Part shown: positions 51,606 through 64,000 of the stretch, one piece after another
Layout: every line of letters starts with the position of its first letter
Position numbering within the stretch: the stretch's first letter is position 1
Source of the DNA: Callorhinchus milii
Lineage: Eukaryota
DNA length: 64,000 bases
NCBI RefSeq assembly: GCF_018977255.1
Contig: NW_024704742.1
Span: forward strand, 118,484,001 to 118,548,000
Direction: 5' to 3'
The notes under the pieces: generated by a model
Seen by the model: the letters and a program-made list of their open reading frames with translations, nothing else
Database searches by the model: none
What the model was told of the DNA's origin: nothing
Program-made: the position numbers and the translations under genes

Positions 51606-52631
51606 AGAGCTAAAGGTTTTTAGTTCCTGGCTTGTTTGGTTGCTGATAATAGCGGTTGCATAGAATGATTGTGTTTATTTTTGGATAAAACTTTACATGA
51701 ACAATTGTTAGAGAAGATAGGGGTGGGAGAGGGAACATTTAAAAACCCTACCAATAGAGCATGAATTACTAACATTGTGTGTGTGATCAGTTAAGAACGA
51801 CTACCCTGCCAGTAACGTTGTGACCCAAAGTGATTGATCGACATGTTTGGGAGCAATGTATATTGCATTAGTGTAATGTGCCATGCTGCTGAAGGGCTGA
51901 GTTTTCAGTTGCAGATCAATATTAGCAGAGATGTACTGGGCTTGCACTTTGGGGATTTTTTTGGATTAATTAAGAGGTTTTGAGATCACACGGGTCCCCA
52001 AAAATATACTACCAAATCCTCTTTGGCTGTTCTTCAGCAGAAATGAAATATTGTAACCTTTTACCAGGAAATATAAAATGCATAGGTAGAGTGGACATTG
52101 TTTTGTGATTGTGCATAAGCGAGATGCAGAGAGAGAACATGGGGGAGGTGCGAATGAATATCTGAGTATCTGGAAATGAGTAGCCTTGTCTTAAATCTTT
52201 TACCCTGTGTGAGATTATTGATTTAATGGATGCTCTATAAATTGATACTACACGTGGCACTTTTGCTCTAGTCGCTGATTTTGTTTTCTCTATTGTTCAG
52301 AGAAGAACATAATGGCCCTATAACCATTTAACCTGGTATCTTAGAATCTGCCACAGTTTGCACTTTTATTTCTCTTTATCAGAGTAGTTTATCAGCATAA
52401 TAAATCCTTGCAGTTTTTATTGTTTGTGATTAGGAGATTTTGATTAAACTCTGTAAATTAAACTTCACCCGAACAGCAATTATAAATGTTCGTCTTAACT
52501 TTCACTCACACAGAGTAAAAGATTGATTAATTACTGTCAATTTAATGAATGTTCATTCTTAAAAGGCTAGTTTTTACATTTTATATATAAGAGGCTGTCT
52601 ATTATAGCGTGGACATGATAAGGCATCACAG

Positions 52632-53050
52632 TATATTTTTGGAGGGTCAGCCGGGTGTTTGACACATATGGAAACCTATCACCATGCTTAGGAGTATCCA
52701 AACCAAGCTGAGATTTCCATGCATCCTATTTACTTGTGGAAATACCACAGGTAGATTGTTGGAATGGACTGCGCACTCTCTCCCTGGAGGGAGGCATCCT
52801 GCCTACCTAATTCTGGAAAGTATTAGGCGCAGGTTGGCAAAAAACAAGGCTTGGAGACCCTAGAGTGTGCGTTGGAGTACTGCTGGAGTCTAGCCAGCTA
52901 AAACAGTATAGCTTGCCATCGAGAGCATTGCCTGGCAAGTTTCCCGCTGCTTTATCAGCTAGGATCCTGGTTCCCATTAATGCTTTGGCTTGCAGGTTAA
53001 CAGGAGCAGAGTGCGAAGTGTCCTTGCCCCCAGTGACTGATCTACCCTTA
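52632..53050 (+). repeat. Unclassified dispersed repeat, copy 2 (may extend to about 53200)
   Basis: Inverted homologue of 25860-26258. Confidence 0.75.
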
Positions 53051-53232
53051 CAAGTCCTGCTGATGAGCCAGCCTGACTGTGCTATCATCGGCAGTGCCCT
53101 GGAATACTGCGGAACCGTTTGGCTCAGGAACCGAACCAATGAGACCGCCAAAGAGGGCTAGCTTGATTACGATACTCCTCTGCCATGCATGTCACCTTGG
53201 AGCCAGAGACATTATATCAACAAGAACAAAAT

Positions 53233-53520
53233 TATAATAATCCTTGCATTTGATATAGCGCTTTTCACGTCTTCTCGACGTCTCAAAGCGCTTCACAGAA
53301 TATACGGTAAAGTGAATTGACCGTATATTTGTGGGCGAAACACGGCAGCCGATCGCGCACAGCAGTGTCCCACAAACAGTCGTGGATTGAAAATGACCAA
53401 TTTATGATTGCTTTGTTTTGGAGAGATTATTATTAGGCGTGTGGAGTAAGGAAACTTGCCCAAGGTTTCACCCTGCCTGCAATTGAACCCAGGTGTCTCG
53501 CTTGCAAGGCGAGTGCTCTA
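53233..53520 (-). mobile_element. tRNA-Ala-derived SINE, short variant, head clipped
   Basis: Tail, body and most of the tRNA head; abuts an L2 tail. Confidence 0.9.
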
Positions 53521-54440
53521 AAATTATATTTGTATAGTGCGTTTCACGTCGGGAGGACATCTCAAGGTGCTGGACAGTCAGTGTTTCGGAGGCGAGTTCG
53601 GGATCAGGGAGAGTGGAGGGCATGGGGTGAAGGAGGGTGATCCAAGAGGAGAGTCTTGACACGGGTCTTGAAGGAGGCAAGGGAGGGCGCAAGGCAGAGG
53701 AACTACGGGATAGTGTTCCAGAGGGTGGGGGCAGAGTGGTAAAAGGCTGGCCCACCAATGGTGGAGCGGGTGAGACGGGGGATATGAAGCAGGCCGGAGC
53801 CTTCTGAGCGGAGGGAGTGGGCAGATTGGTAGAGGGTTAGGAGGTTGCAGAGGTAGGGGGAAACGAGGCCATGGAGGACTTTGAAGGTGAGTACCAGGAT
53901 CTTGAACTGTATCCTCTGTGTGATGGGAAGCCAGTGGAGTCGAGCGAGGATGGCTCACGGAGCCTAGTGCGGGAGAGGACATGGGCTGCAGAGTTCTGGA
54001 TGATCCGCAGCCTATGGAGGGAGGAGTTGGGGAGGCCGACAAGCAAGGAGTTTGCATAGTCAAGCCTGGATGTTATGAATGTGTGTATGAGGGTCTCGGC
54101 AGCCTGCGGTGTGAGACAGTGGTGGAACCGGGTGATGTTGCGGAAGTGGCAGAAGGCAGAGCGGGTCATGGCACGGATGTGGGGTAGAAAGGATAGTTGA
54201 GGGTCAAACAAGATGCCAATGTACCGGACTGGCTTAGGAAGGTGGAGTGTGCATCAATGGATAGTGATGCTATCAGCGTCTGAGATGTGGAGGCGCTGAC
54301 GGGAGCCAATCAGGAGAGTCTCGGTCTTGTTGACGTTCAACTGAAGAAAGTTTGCTCTCGTCCAGGACTTGATGTCTGACAGACATTCTGTCAGGACAGA
54401 AGTGGTCCTGGAGTCAAGGGAGGACGCAGAGTGAGTTGGG
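53521..54440 (-). mobile_element. L2 LINE 3' fragment
   Basis: FDPQLSFLPHI...[17 protein letters not shown]. Confidence 0.9.
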
Positions 54441-54939
54441 TAAAAATAATGGGAATTATTATTATAATTGCACTTTATAAGGTTCCTTGAACAGCCATGA
54501 GGTGAATGAGCAGGTTATCTGGGACATTGTTGTGTAGGATACCTAGTGAAATTTCTTTCTCTTTTCTAATGGTTTTATGGAACAAACAGTGGGGACCTTG
54601 GTTTAATGTCTGTCTCGTGTGAACGATGGGATCTCTTAACAATCCTTCGCTCACTCAGTACCACACTGGAGCATCAGTCTAGTTCCGCCACCTCCGCAAG
54701 TCAATTAAACTCTGCTAACAGTCACCAGAGAAACTGAAGGAGAAAGAAACAACAACAATTATGCTGTTATGCTGATCGATTATGTATTTGTTAAGCAGTG
54801 TTGACTTGCATTTAAATGTGTTGGGTTTGTTGGAGGAGCGTGAGAAAAAGATGGAGAGCTAAGGGATTCTATAGTCTTCAAGATCATGGGAAAGAATGAT
54901 TTCAAGCAGAGGGGAGGACCATGGACTGTGCCATTGGTG

Positions 54940-55215
54940 ATTGGGATGGTGCAAGTAAACCCGGAGCAATGCTTTCCGATGCGCCAAGTTAGAAGGACAA
55001 GAGAGTGTAAGTTCAGGATTGTGAAAGCCAAGTGTAAGATAGACCCCAGCAAGTATTTATTTACACAGAGGGACGTCAACATCTGGAAATGGTTTCCAGC
55101 AAGAGTGATGACCAGTCACTGAACTCATTTCAAAAATGTCTCTAACGGGAAGATAATAGAATTGGTTGCCTGCAAGATTGAGATGAAATGGGCCGAACTT
55201 CTTTTGTAATCTTGT
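54940..55215 (+). mobile_element. Old CR1 3' fragment
   Basis: RTRECKFRIVKAKC...YLFTQRDVNIWKWFP, a degenerate CR1 ORF2 end. Confidence 0.65.
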
Positions 55216-56874
55216 AAAATATGTTTTTTAATGTGATGTGGTGACTCTCGATTTATTGACCCTGTATCCTGTTGTTACTAGCTTTGATACCAGTTTGAGG
55301 GTTGCGGTCACTCTGATATGTGTTCAGTCAAATGTCTTTCATCTGGTTGAATACTTTTGATAATTATCCTTATCTATAACGTTGAAACATTGCAAAACAC
55401 TTGTAGTTAAGTTTAGTGACTATTTTGGTAGGTAAATGTGGAAGCTAGTTTGTGTGCAGCGAGGCCCTACAACAGCCATGAGGTAAATGACTAATTAATC
55501 AGGGATTGTTGGCTTGTACACCGTGATACACTTCCTTCTCTTTTCAAATTGTATCATGAGATTTTTAAAGGATTTTTTAAAAAAGTAAAATTATGTAGCT
55601 TTAGACTCAAATTGTACGTTTTCTTCAAAATTTGTTTAGAAGTTGCGTGAAGTTTAATTTCAGTTCTGTTTTGAGCACACGTTGGGAACACTGGGGCTTG
55701 TGCTCATTAAAATACATCAGGGGAGGCTGCAGTTCAGATAGCGCAGCATTCAGTGTGTTTGAAACATAAGAATGCAGATAATCTTTGTGAGTTTACATCA
55801 TCTAATCTCCCTCAGACTTGTAGCACATTCAGTTGTCTATTATTTCACATAACACATTTATATAAAAAACTGCATTTGATACAGAACCTACAAAATACAC
55901 TTTACAATTAAAAATCCCGTGAAGCTTTTTGGGACATTCTCCCGACAGGAAAGACGCTATTATCAAATTCCAGAATTATTATTGTAGAGCCTAGTAGATT
56001 AAGAATGACTCAAAGTGCTTCACAAAATTTCTGACCACCCATGTATAAAGTGATATCAACAGCGAGTCTATGTAAACTGATGTTAACAATGAATATATCA
56101 GTACATTACCAGTGAACATAGACTGTGACTTCAAATTCCAACATGGAGCTCGACCCTTATAACCTTCTGACCTAGAGGCCTGATTGCTACCAACTGAGCC
56201 AAACTGGCATCTCATTCCCTAATCATGTAGACGTCAAAAATACAAAGCCTTTCTTCAGGAGCACCTCTGTAGCAGAATGAACCAAATTGCTGCTCTGAAA
56301 ATACAGTGAATTAAAGATAGCGTACCTTCACCCAGATCAGAGGCTTTATTTTACTATTGTGTGGAAATGTTAAGATCATTCTCGATAAGGTAACTAGATG
56401 TTACTGGCCGTTCCTTCAGTGAAGTGGTCGACCAACAAAATAAATCAAGAGAAAACTGGAATCACAATATTGATTTAAAACATACTCACCTAGATTAGTG
56501 TGAATGCTCGACAGGCCACTTCACGACAGTCCCATGGACCACTTCCGGCCCACAGGCCATGGATTGTCCACCACAGCTCAGGGCCTTAGAGTGGGAGTAC
56601 ATATGACTGGAGCCTCTGCTCTTTAGTTTTTTGTTTCAACCACAACTTGGGGCGAGGGGAGATACACAGAACAAATGTAGGTCACGCTGACTTGGCACTA
56701 ACTCACAGCTCCCATTGGTTGTGCAAAAGGGGCAATGTCAAGTCTCTAGAATTAGGGCACATGTTCAGGACAAGTCAGACTAAAAGGGAGATAGGTCAGC
56801 ATGGAATCGTTATTGATAGAAAGAAATTCTAACATGAAATTGGCGTATGATTTCTTGATTCCGTTGCCAAACGT

Positions 56875-57192
56875 GGAGTCCTGTAGCTCAGTGGTTAGAG
56901 CACTCGCTTTGCAAGCGAGAGACCTGAGTTCAATTCCAGGCAGAGGGCGAAACCTTGGGCAAGTTTCCTTACTCCACACGCCTAATAATAATCCCTCCAA
57001 AACCAAAAACAATAATAAATTGGTCATTTTCAATCTACGACTGTTTGTGGGACATTGCTGTGCGCAAATGGCTGCTGCGTTCGCCCACAAATATACAGTC
57101 AATTCACTTTACTGTGTGTTCTGTGAAGCACTTTGGGACGTCCTCCCGACGTGAAAAGCGCTATATCAAATGCAAGGATTATTATTATTATT
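56875..57192 (+). mobile_element. tRNA-Ala-derived SINE, young subfamily
   Basis: Near-identical to 45004-45330. Confidence 0.93.
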
Positions 57193-58411
57193 GTATATAA
57201 ATCTGTGTTTGTGTGTGCTATGTAATATCTGAGGTACATGTCTATCATTTCATAGTCCGCCCTATGCATATTGCATTCACGTTAGGAAAAACAACGGAAA
57301 CATCCAGAAGGCAGGAAGAGAGTGTCCAACGTCTTGCCCAGCCCCATTGTTGTCAGTAGGAGAAAAAGTTTCTGGTACATTTTGCCTGCCTCTCCCTCTC
57401 CCCCGCCGCCCATGACATGATCATTCAAATACTTTGCGTCTCTGATCAAGGGTCATTTTAAACTATTTTAAGCTCTTAGTATTTCAGTGTTTGCTTGTTT
57501 TTTGTTTTCCTGTTTCCTGTATTGGATTGCAATCAAGCAGCGATTCTTTATGCATGAGCCTCGACACTGAGTATCAGCAGTCTGTTAGATCATGAGAGAT
57601 GGGAGGGGGAAGTGAAGCCAAGTCCGATACTGTTTTTATCCCATACCCACACGCATGCAGTTTGCAGCAGAGGCCACTGGTTAAATTAACAGGAGTGGGA
57701 ACCATAGCTGTGTAATCTCCCACTCTCTCCCCTCCCCAGCTATCTTCTTGCTCTGATTGTATATTTATTCCCATTCCTCCTCCTCCTATAGTCCAGAAGT
57801 CATCTGGCTTAAATCAACTAACTTGGGCAGCCAAGGGCTCAAACATGGGACTACCCATGGCTGGATGGCTTTAGCCAATGTACCATTGAAATGTGTAGTT
57901 CCTGTTCAAATTTAATTCATAGAGGTTTTAGTACACTTAAACCACCAGAAAGGAGCTCGGTTTAACGACTCGTCCCAAGGATGGCATTTTCAACAGTGAG
58001 TTTGAGCTCAAGACCGCTTGAACCCACAATTTTCTGTCCCAGAGTCGAGAGTGGGACCCACTGAGCCAGATTGAGTTGAGATTGCCTGGGAAGGGTGCAA
58101 CAAAATATTTTTGGCTTGATTGCGTTCAATTATTAATTATTTTGCTGTGAATTCAGGTAATTTGAGCAGAACTGCAGAAAGAAAACTGTAATGACCGTAT
58201 GAGTGTGGAGTGCTGAGTTGATAACTGACCTTGCTCTTGGCTGGTACTCGCTGTCAGTTACAATGTGATCTGAGATTACAGAGAGACAGTGCCTTCAGTG
58301 ACAGAATGTAACTAACGTGATACAAAAGTAAGAACAGAACTCGAGAGAGAGAAAAAAATTTAATTATTTTCTCATCGTATCCTCACCCAGGCTTATAATT
58401 GCCCTCAATTT

Positions 58412-59235
58412 AACAACAACAAGACTACATTTGTATAGCGCTTTTCACGTCGGGAGGACGTCCCAAGGCCCTGGACAGGGTACCACATTTCAGACCCGAG
58501 CTGACGTTGGGGGGGTAAGGGAGGGGAGGGGAAGGGGGGTGGACGATGGCATAGTCAAAGAGGAGGGACTTGAGGCGGGACTTGAGGAGGCTAAGGAGAG
58601 GGCGAGGCGGAGTGACTGGAGGATGGAATTCCAGATGTTGGGGGCAGAGCGGCTGAAGGCTCTCCTGCCAATGGTGGAGCGGGTGGTTCGGGGGATGTGG
58701 AGCAGACCAGAGCTGAATGAGCGGAGGGAACGGGCGGGTTGGTAGGGGATTAGGAGGTCGCAGAGGTAGGGTGGGGCGAGGCCAAGGAGGGCTTTGTATG
58801 TGAGGACCAGGATCTTGAACTGGATCCTCTGAAGGATAGGGAACCAGTGGAGTCGGGGGAGATGGGGTCATGGAATTTGGTGCGGGAGAGGACACGGGCT
58901 GCAGAGTTCTGGATTATCTGCAGCCTGTGGAGGAGGAGTTGGGAAGGTCGACAGGAAGGTTTGCACAGTCGAGCCTGGAGGTGGTGAAGGCATGAACAAG
59001 AGTTTCAGTGGCCTGAGGGGTGAGGTAGTGGCGGAGTCGGGCGATGTTTGGAGGTGAGGGAAGGCAGAGCAGGTCATGGCTTGAATGTGGGGGAGAAAAG
59101 ATAGTTGAGGGTTGAACAAGACACCTGGGTTCCTGACTGGCGGTGAGTTGTAGTGTGCAACCATGGAGGTTGATGCTGCCAGAGCCTGAGGTGCTGAGGC
59201 GCAGGCGCGAGCCAATCAGGAGGGCCTCAGTCTTG
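58412..59235 (-). mobile_element. L2 LINE 3' fragment
   Basis: (TTG)n tail, stem-loop, VRNPGVLFNPQLSFLPHI remnant. Confidence 0.9.
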
Positions 59236-60229
59236 GCCTCAATTTAAATCTGTTGTGTGGGGAAAAAAGGAATATTTAAGAAAAAGTTGAAGCCACAAGT
59301 GGTTACCTGAATTATTCATAGCATAATGGATATCTAATGTGGAATTTAAAAGCTGTAATACAATCTATGCACAGGGGAAGGGATGGGGGGAGGGGGTAGA
59401 GTGCACCTGACCCTGAGCGCAAACATAAGCAGATTAAGCAATCCCATCTCATTTATAATGTGCATTTGGGAGTCAGCCAATTGCTATGTTGTGGTAAGAG
59501 ACACTGTACAACATGGGGCTCAGTGCTTCGTCCACTTTCCTGGCTCACGTCTCAGCAACTGCCTTGCTTCTCTCTCTCCGTTTCTCGTCCTTGGGACGTC
59601 CTCCCGACGTGAAAGGCGCTCTATAAATGGAATCTTGTTGTTGTTGTTGTCCTGCGTTACCTGCCTCTTGAAACCAGCACGAGATCTATTTCTGATGTTG
59701 CTGGCCGTATGAGACCTGTAAGAATGTCTTTCTCTTTTGCTCTTTGTCTGTCCATCATTTCTTGCTCTCTCTGCTGTGTGTGTGCATGAATTTGTGAGCG
59801 CCTGCTTTTCTATCTGTGTTTGTGTATATGTGCCTCACTTCCATATGAGCCTCCTGTACCCCTTTATTTCCTTCTTCCTCTTTCTCATTCTCTGTACCTT
59901 CTCTCTTTCTCGTACTCTTATTCATTGTGTACTCAATTTTTTTTGTCTGCGGACAGACAGGAAAATGTTGCATTCTGAGCATTGATCTAAAAATGGGGAA
60001 AGATCCTTAGGCCAAAACTGCGGATAAACTTTGGAGAATTACATTGATTAACTGTACCTTTTTAAAAAAATAAATCTGCATTTGATCACTTCACTCGCAT
60101 CAACCAAAATGTTTGTCGAAAGGTAAAATTCAGCAACATTGTGAACGGTTCCTGACGGTATTGGACGTTCCATAAAGAAAAACGCAAGATGTCCTATATA
60201 TTTGCGCTTCTCGGGATTTACAAATACTA

Positions 60230-60625
60230 TAAAGTATAGTGATTCGTAATTTGTAGGCGAATGCAGCAGCCAATTTGCGCACAGGAACATCCATGAAGTG
60301 AATGACCAGTTTTATTTGGGGGATTGTTGGCCAGGACACTGGGAGAAACTTGGTGTCGTGCTCTGCCACGGTCAAGCGCTCTGGAACGCTAGCCTGAGTG
60401 AGGGCGCTTTATAAATTCAAATTGTTGAATATTGCTATGGGAACTTTAAAGTCCACCTGAACAAACACAGCTGGGAACTCGGTTTAAACGCTTAATCTGA
60501 AGTATCGCTCTTCCAACAGTGCAGCATGTCCCCAGCACTGCATTGGACTACATGAGTTTTAAAGTCTGAATGTACTTGAACCTTCTGAGTAAGTGGCGAG
60601 TGTGTTACCAACCGAGACAGGCTGA
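60230..60625 (-). mobile_element. Deu-domain SINE with small L2-tail insertion (about 60365-60430)
   Basis: Reverse-strand GTCCACCTGAAC...CTCGGTTTAA core and tRNA head remnant. Confidence 0.55.
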
Positions 60626-61363
60626 CACACATTGTTGCTTTGTTGCAACGTGGCATGTTGTGCCACGTGTTCTCTGAATAGCCCTGTGTTGTGCTCTGCT
60701 ACCTCACAGCGAGACTTTTCTCTCTGACATGTTACCTCCCCTTGCAGCTGTTCCCTGCATTGCATTTAAATATCCCCCTCCTCACCACCACCCATACTGT
60801 TCAGGTGACAATGAAAACGTTCTTATATTTTTTCCAAATTGATAACTTTTATTTTAAAAAAAATGAACATAAGGTAAATGACCAGAACTGATAAATGCTG
60901 ACTATGAGGCTGTGTCAGTGAACCTTCTGCGAGAATTATACATATTATCTTAGAATTTTTGCTCTTTTAAATATGATATGAACTAACGAGATAAAAATAA
61001 CATTTCTGATGAGTAAAACCCAAAGCAGTTACTCCCTAAACCCAAGCAGCTTAAATAATTTTTGCATTTGATACAGCGCCAAGATTATACTGTAATGTTT
61101 TAGTGACTATTTTCTAGGCAAATGCAGCAGCCAATTTGCTTACAGCATTAGACCGCAAACAGCCGTGAAATGAACGAATTACCAATTTTATCTGGGGATT
61201 GTTGGCAGGGACAAGGGGAGAAAATCCTTTTTCTTTTGAATAGTGCCCACCTGAATAGCCAGATGGGACCCTGGTTTAATGTCTCAGGTGCAGTCCTGTA
61301 GCTCCTGTAAGTCTTTGTCCCGGTGTGAAAGGCGCTATAATCAGAAAGGATTATTAGCGTAGT

Positions 61364-61724
61364 GGAGTCTTGTAGTGTAATGGTTAGAGCACTTGCCTCA
61401 CAAGCGAGTAGACCTGCGTTCGATTCCCGGCAGGGTGAAACGTTGGGCAAGTTTCCTTAATCCACACGCTTCGGTTTACCAAGCAGTAAGTAGGAAACTG
61501 GTTGTCAGTCGATTGGCAGATCGCTTTTCCAGGGGTACAAATTCCTTAAAAAAAATTGGTCACTGAATCCACGACTGTTTGTGGGACACTGATGTGCGCG
61601 ATTGGCTGCCGGGTTTTTCCTACAAAATATACAGTCAATTCACTTTACAGTATATTCTGTGAAGGGCTTTGAGATGTCTCGAAGACGTGATAAGACGTCT
61701 ATCAAATGCAAGGATTATTATTAT
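61364..61724 (+). mobile_element. tRNA-derived SINE, long variant, nested in an older Deu-SINE (about 61055-61286 and 61724-61775, minus strand)
   Basis: Head with B box GTTCGATTCCC, central segment and tail; flanks rejoin as GGTTTAATGTCTCA|TCTGAAGGATGACACC. Confidence 0.85.
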
Positions 61725-63285
61725 CTGAAGGATGACACCTACCAGTGCATTAAAATGTCAGCCTAGTTATCGCCTCTTAACTCAGACAGATTTATAATGA
61801 CCACAGTACTCCCCACAAACCAAGTACACAAAAGTCTCTTATTATTATAACTCACAATATTATTTCATATATGAAATTCCCACTCGTATTGTGACCATGA
61901 TGAATCCTGTTGTGTGAATGGCAGCACGCATCAGTGACCTAGGGTGAAACAGTTACTCCATAAAACCAAGCAACTTAAATATCTTTTGCATTTATTACAG
62001 CGTAAATAACAGCTAATCTGGCCACAAATCATTAGAGGTGCCTGATAATATGAATGTCACTCTATGGATTGTTTAGTAAAGTGTTGGCAAGTTTGAGGCT
62101 GTGAGCAGTTGTGATCAGCAATCTTACCGATATCAATATAATAACTCGCAGCTCTAGCCTGTTCCCTCCTCACGCCCGCTCCCCTCGGCGCAATCCATTT
62201 ATAATGTATTCATCTTGCAGGAGGTGACATCAGCAATGAAAGCGCTTCTAGCACAGCGCAGTGTCACCGTGTCGCAGTGCTAAATCAGGGCACATTGTAA
62301 CCGGGTCAGCCTGTAATTTGACATTGCCACAAACTCAACCCCACTATCCTTACAGCTCCTCTAAAAGGCAACAGGATCTGGTTGCAATAACTGTTAGGGT
62401 CCACTGAGAAAAAACATACGTGCAATGAGGTGAAACCACTTCACAAATAAAATACAGTTTAAAGGGAAGAATCTGGTCATCGTACTGTAGTTAAACCTTT
62501 GTCAGCAACTGATGGATGGATCTTATGCTCTTTGATATGAGAGGTGTCAGTGCTGGGTATTGAAATATGTTGCCTCTTTTAGCGCTCCTTCCTCTAGACA
62601 TTGTCCAAAAGACTGGACCATTCATCTGCTCCCAGGCCTTTAATAGCATAGCTCTACACTCACTATGTGCCAAGTGTCTGACACTTGCAGAAACCCACCA
62701 CCAAATCCTGTGAAGCATTTTGAGACATTTTGATGACGTGATAAGGTGCTACATCGAATGCAACAATTATTTATACTATTATTAGTATGTTTTTGCTGTT
62801 TAGTTCACTCGTTCGGTCTAGTTTCTAAGTGGTTTTCAGAGATGGGTCAGCTAGATTGTCAAGCCATTTCTGAATTGTCTTACAACAGTCCCAATTGCAC
62901 CAATAATTATAGAAACTCTACTTGTCTTATACCGCCATATGCATCCACATTCAGTTTGTAGGTTAACATACTCCCTTGATCTTCTCTAGTTCCCAATTAT
63001 TATTATTCGACTTAGCTGTTAGGCATATCAGACTTCCATGTTTCAAGTTTTTTTCCCTTCCCTCGCCCAGGAGCATTGAAACCACTGCATTGTAACTTGC
63101 ACTGTATCAAATGGGGATAGAATTTGGGACTTTCCTGGGTTCATTAGAGTTCAGAATATCATGTCTTCTAGACGTCAGCTCAATGCTGCCACCAAAGTGC
63201 ATATGAGTGAGCAAGCTGTAATGAAGAGCTGAAACTCCCTAAACAGAGCAAAGGTGTCCCTTTCAACTAGTATGCCTGGTTCTTC

Positions 63286-63503
63286 TTCTGTCTCTCCCTA
63301 CCCCCCACCCACCCCCCATGTATTTTGGAGATTGCAATATCTTAAGACTTCATCAGAGATTCATTAAATCAGCCAAGCCAGGGTGTGGACCTATTCTGTC
63401 TCTCCCTACCCCCCACCCACCCCCCATGTATTTTGGAGATTGCAATATCTTAAGACTTCATCAGAGATTCATTAAATCAGCCAAGCCAGGGTGTGGACCT
63501 ATT
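63286..63503 (+). repeat. Perfect 108-bp tandem duplication
   Basis: Units 63286-63393 and 63394-63501 identical by eye. Confidence 0.95.
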
Positions 63504-64000
63504 TGGTTCCTGTTCTACAGACGGTGCAATAACAAATAAAGTGTTTTGACGCTTTGTAGCTGAGCCGTTGACCACATACTTAATTCAGTGTGGAATCAAC
63601 CCACTGTTGTGCAAAACCCTGGGTGGATTAAACAGTACACTGTATCTTGTCTAGCATCCCTTTTTTGATAACCGTACAATGCTTCTGGATATTTGTGATT
63701 TCCTGCAGTGAACAATAAAATATTCCATTGCTGAAATAACTGAAAGTCGCTGCCTGGGGTGATTCACTTTAAGCAGCAATATTATCAGAGTCAACCGCTC
63801 AAGCCGACACCATTGTTCTAATCCTATTAGCACATTAAAGATTCAGCATGCCTCTCTTTCATGGCTATTCAAGGCTATTCAGCCATGATAATGGTGGGAA
63901 GAGGGAGGGTGGATGATGTTTGTAAATAAATGTAAGTATTTATTCCTCTATTTATAATCATTGTTACATTGGAAAATGATTTGACATTTACCCTTTTTTG

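Larger units (their letters stand above)
40974..64000 (+). other. JMY: JMY intron 2 (runs past window end, >23 kb)
   Basis: GTAAGA donor; no recognisable downstream JMY exon found by eye. Confidence 0.65.

Noticed and set aside
53060..53067. CTGATGAG hammerhead-ribozyme core motif next to the unclassified repeat
   Set aside because: No stem II followed by GAAA and no stem III/cleavage triplet that I can build; not seen in the other copies.
61025..62003. About 55-bp diverged direct repeat (61025-61078 and 61949-62003) suggesting LTRs or a long TSD
   Set aside because: Too short and diverged, no TG..CA ends, and the interior is nested SINE/L2 debris; likely a small old duplication.
63318..63539. 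ORF with a repeated 36-aa unit
   Set aside because: Simple consequence of the 108-bp tandem duplication; no splice or homology support.

Overview
Eukaryotic, intron-rich vertebrate DNA. The L2/CR1 LINEs, Deu-domain SINEs and tRNA-Ala SINE suggest a cartilaginous fish, possibly a chimaera; this is inference only. The window holds the 5' end of JMY (junction-mediating and regulatory protein) on the + strand: a CpG-rich promoter, a 921-nt first coding exon, and a 174-nt exon 2 at 40800-40973. I found no convincing exon 3. The promoter and exon 1 occur twice (CDS 9908-10828 and 21011-21931) in an A-B-C / B' / A-B-C arrangement spanning 3177-22315. The middle copy lacks a base at five sites where the outer copies disagree, which points to a haplotype-collapse or polishing artefact rather than a true duplication. 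A ~1.6-kb 16-18-bp minisatellite (TCACACCTGTCTCCCC; overlapping T-box and CACCTG E-box motifs) abuts the promoter. Exon 1 contains a 10-aa-period Ser-Pro repeat. The rest is intron filled with nested L2, CR1, SINE and Tc1/pogo-like relics, plus one unclassified ~400-bp dispersed repeat with conserved hairpins. There is no prokaryotic-type system, CRISPR array or genuine tRNA gene. Identity figures are by-eye estimates.
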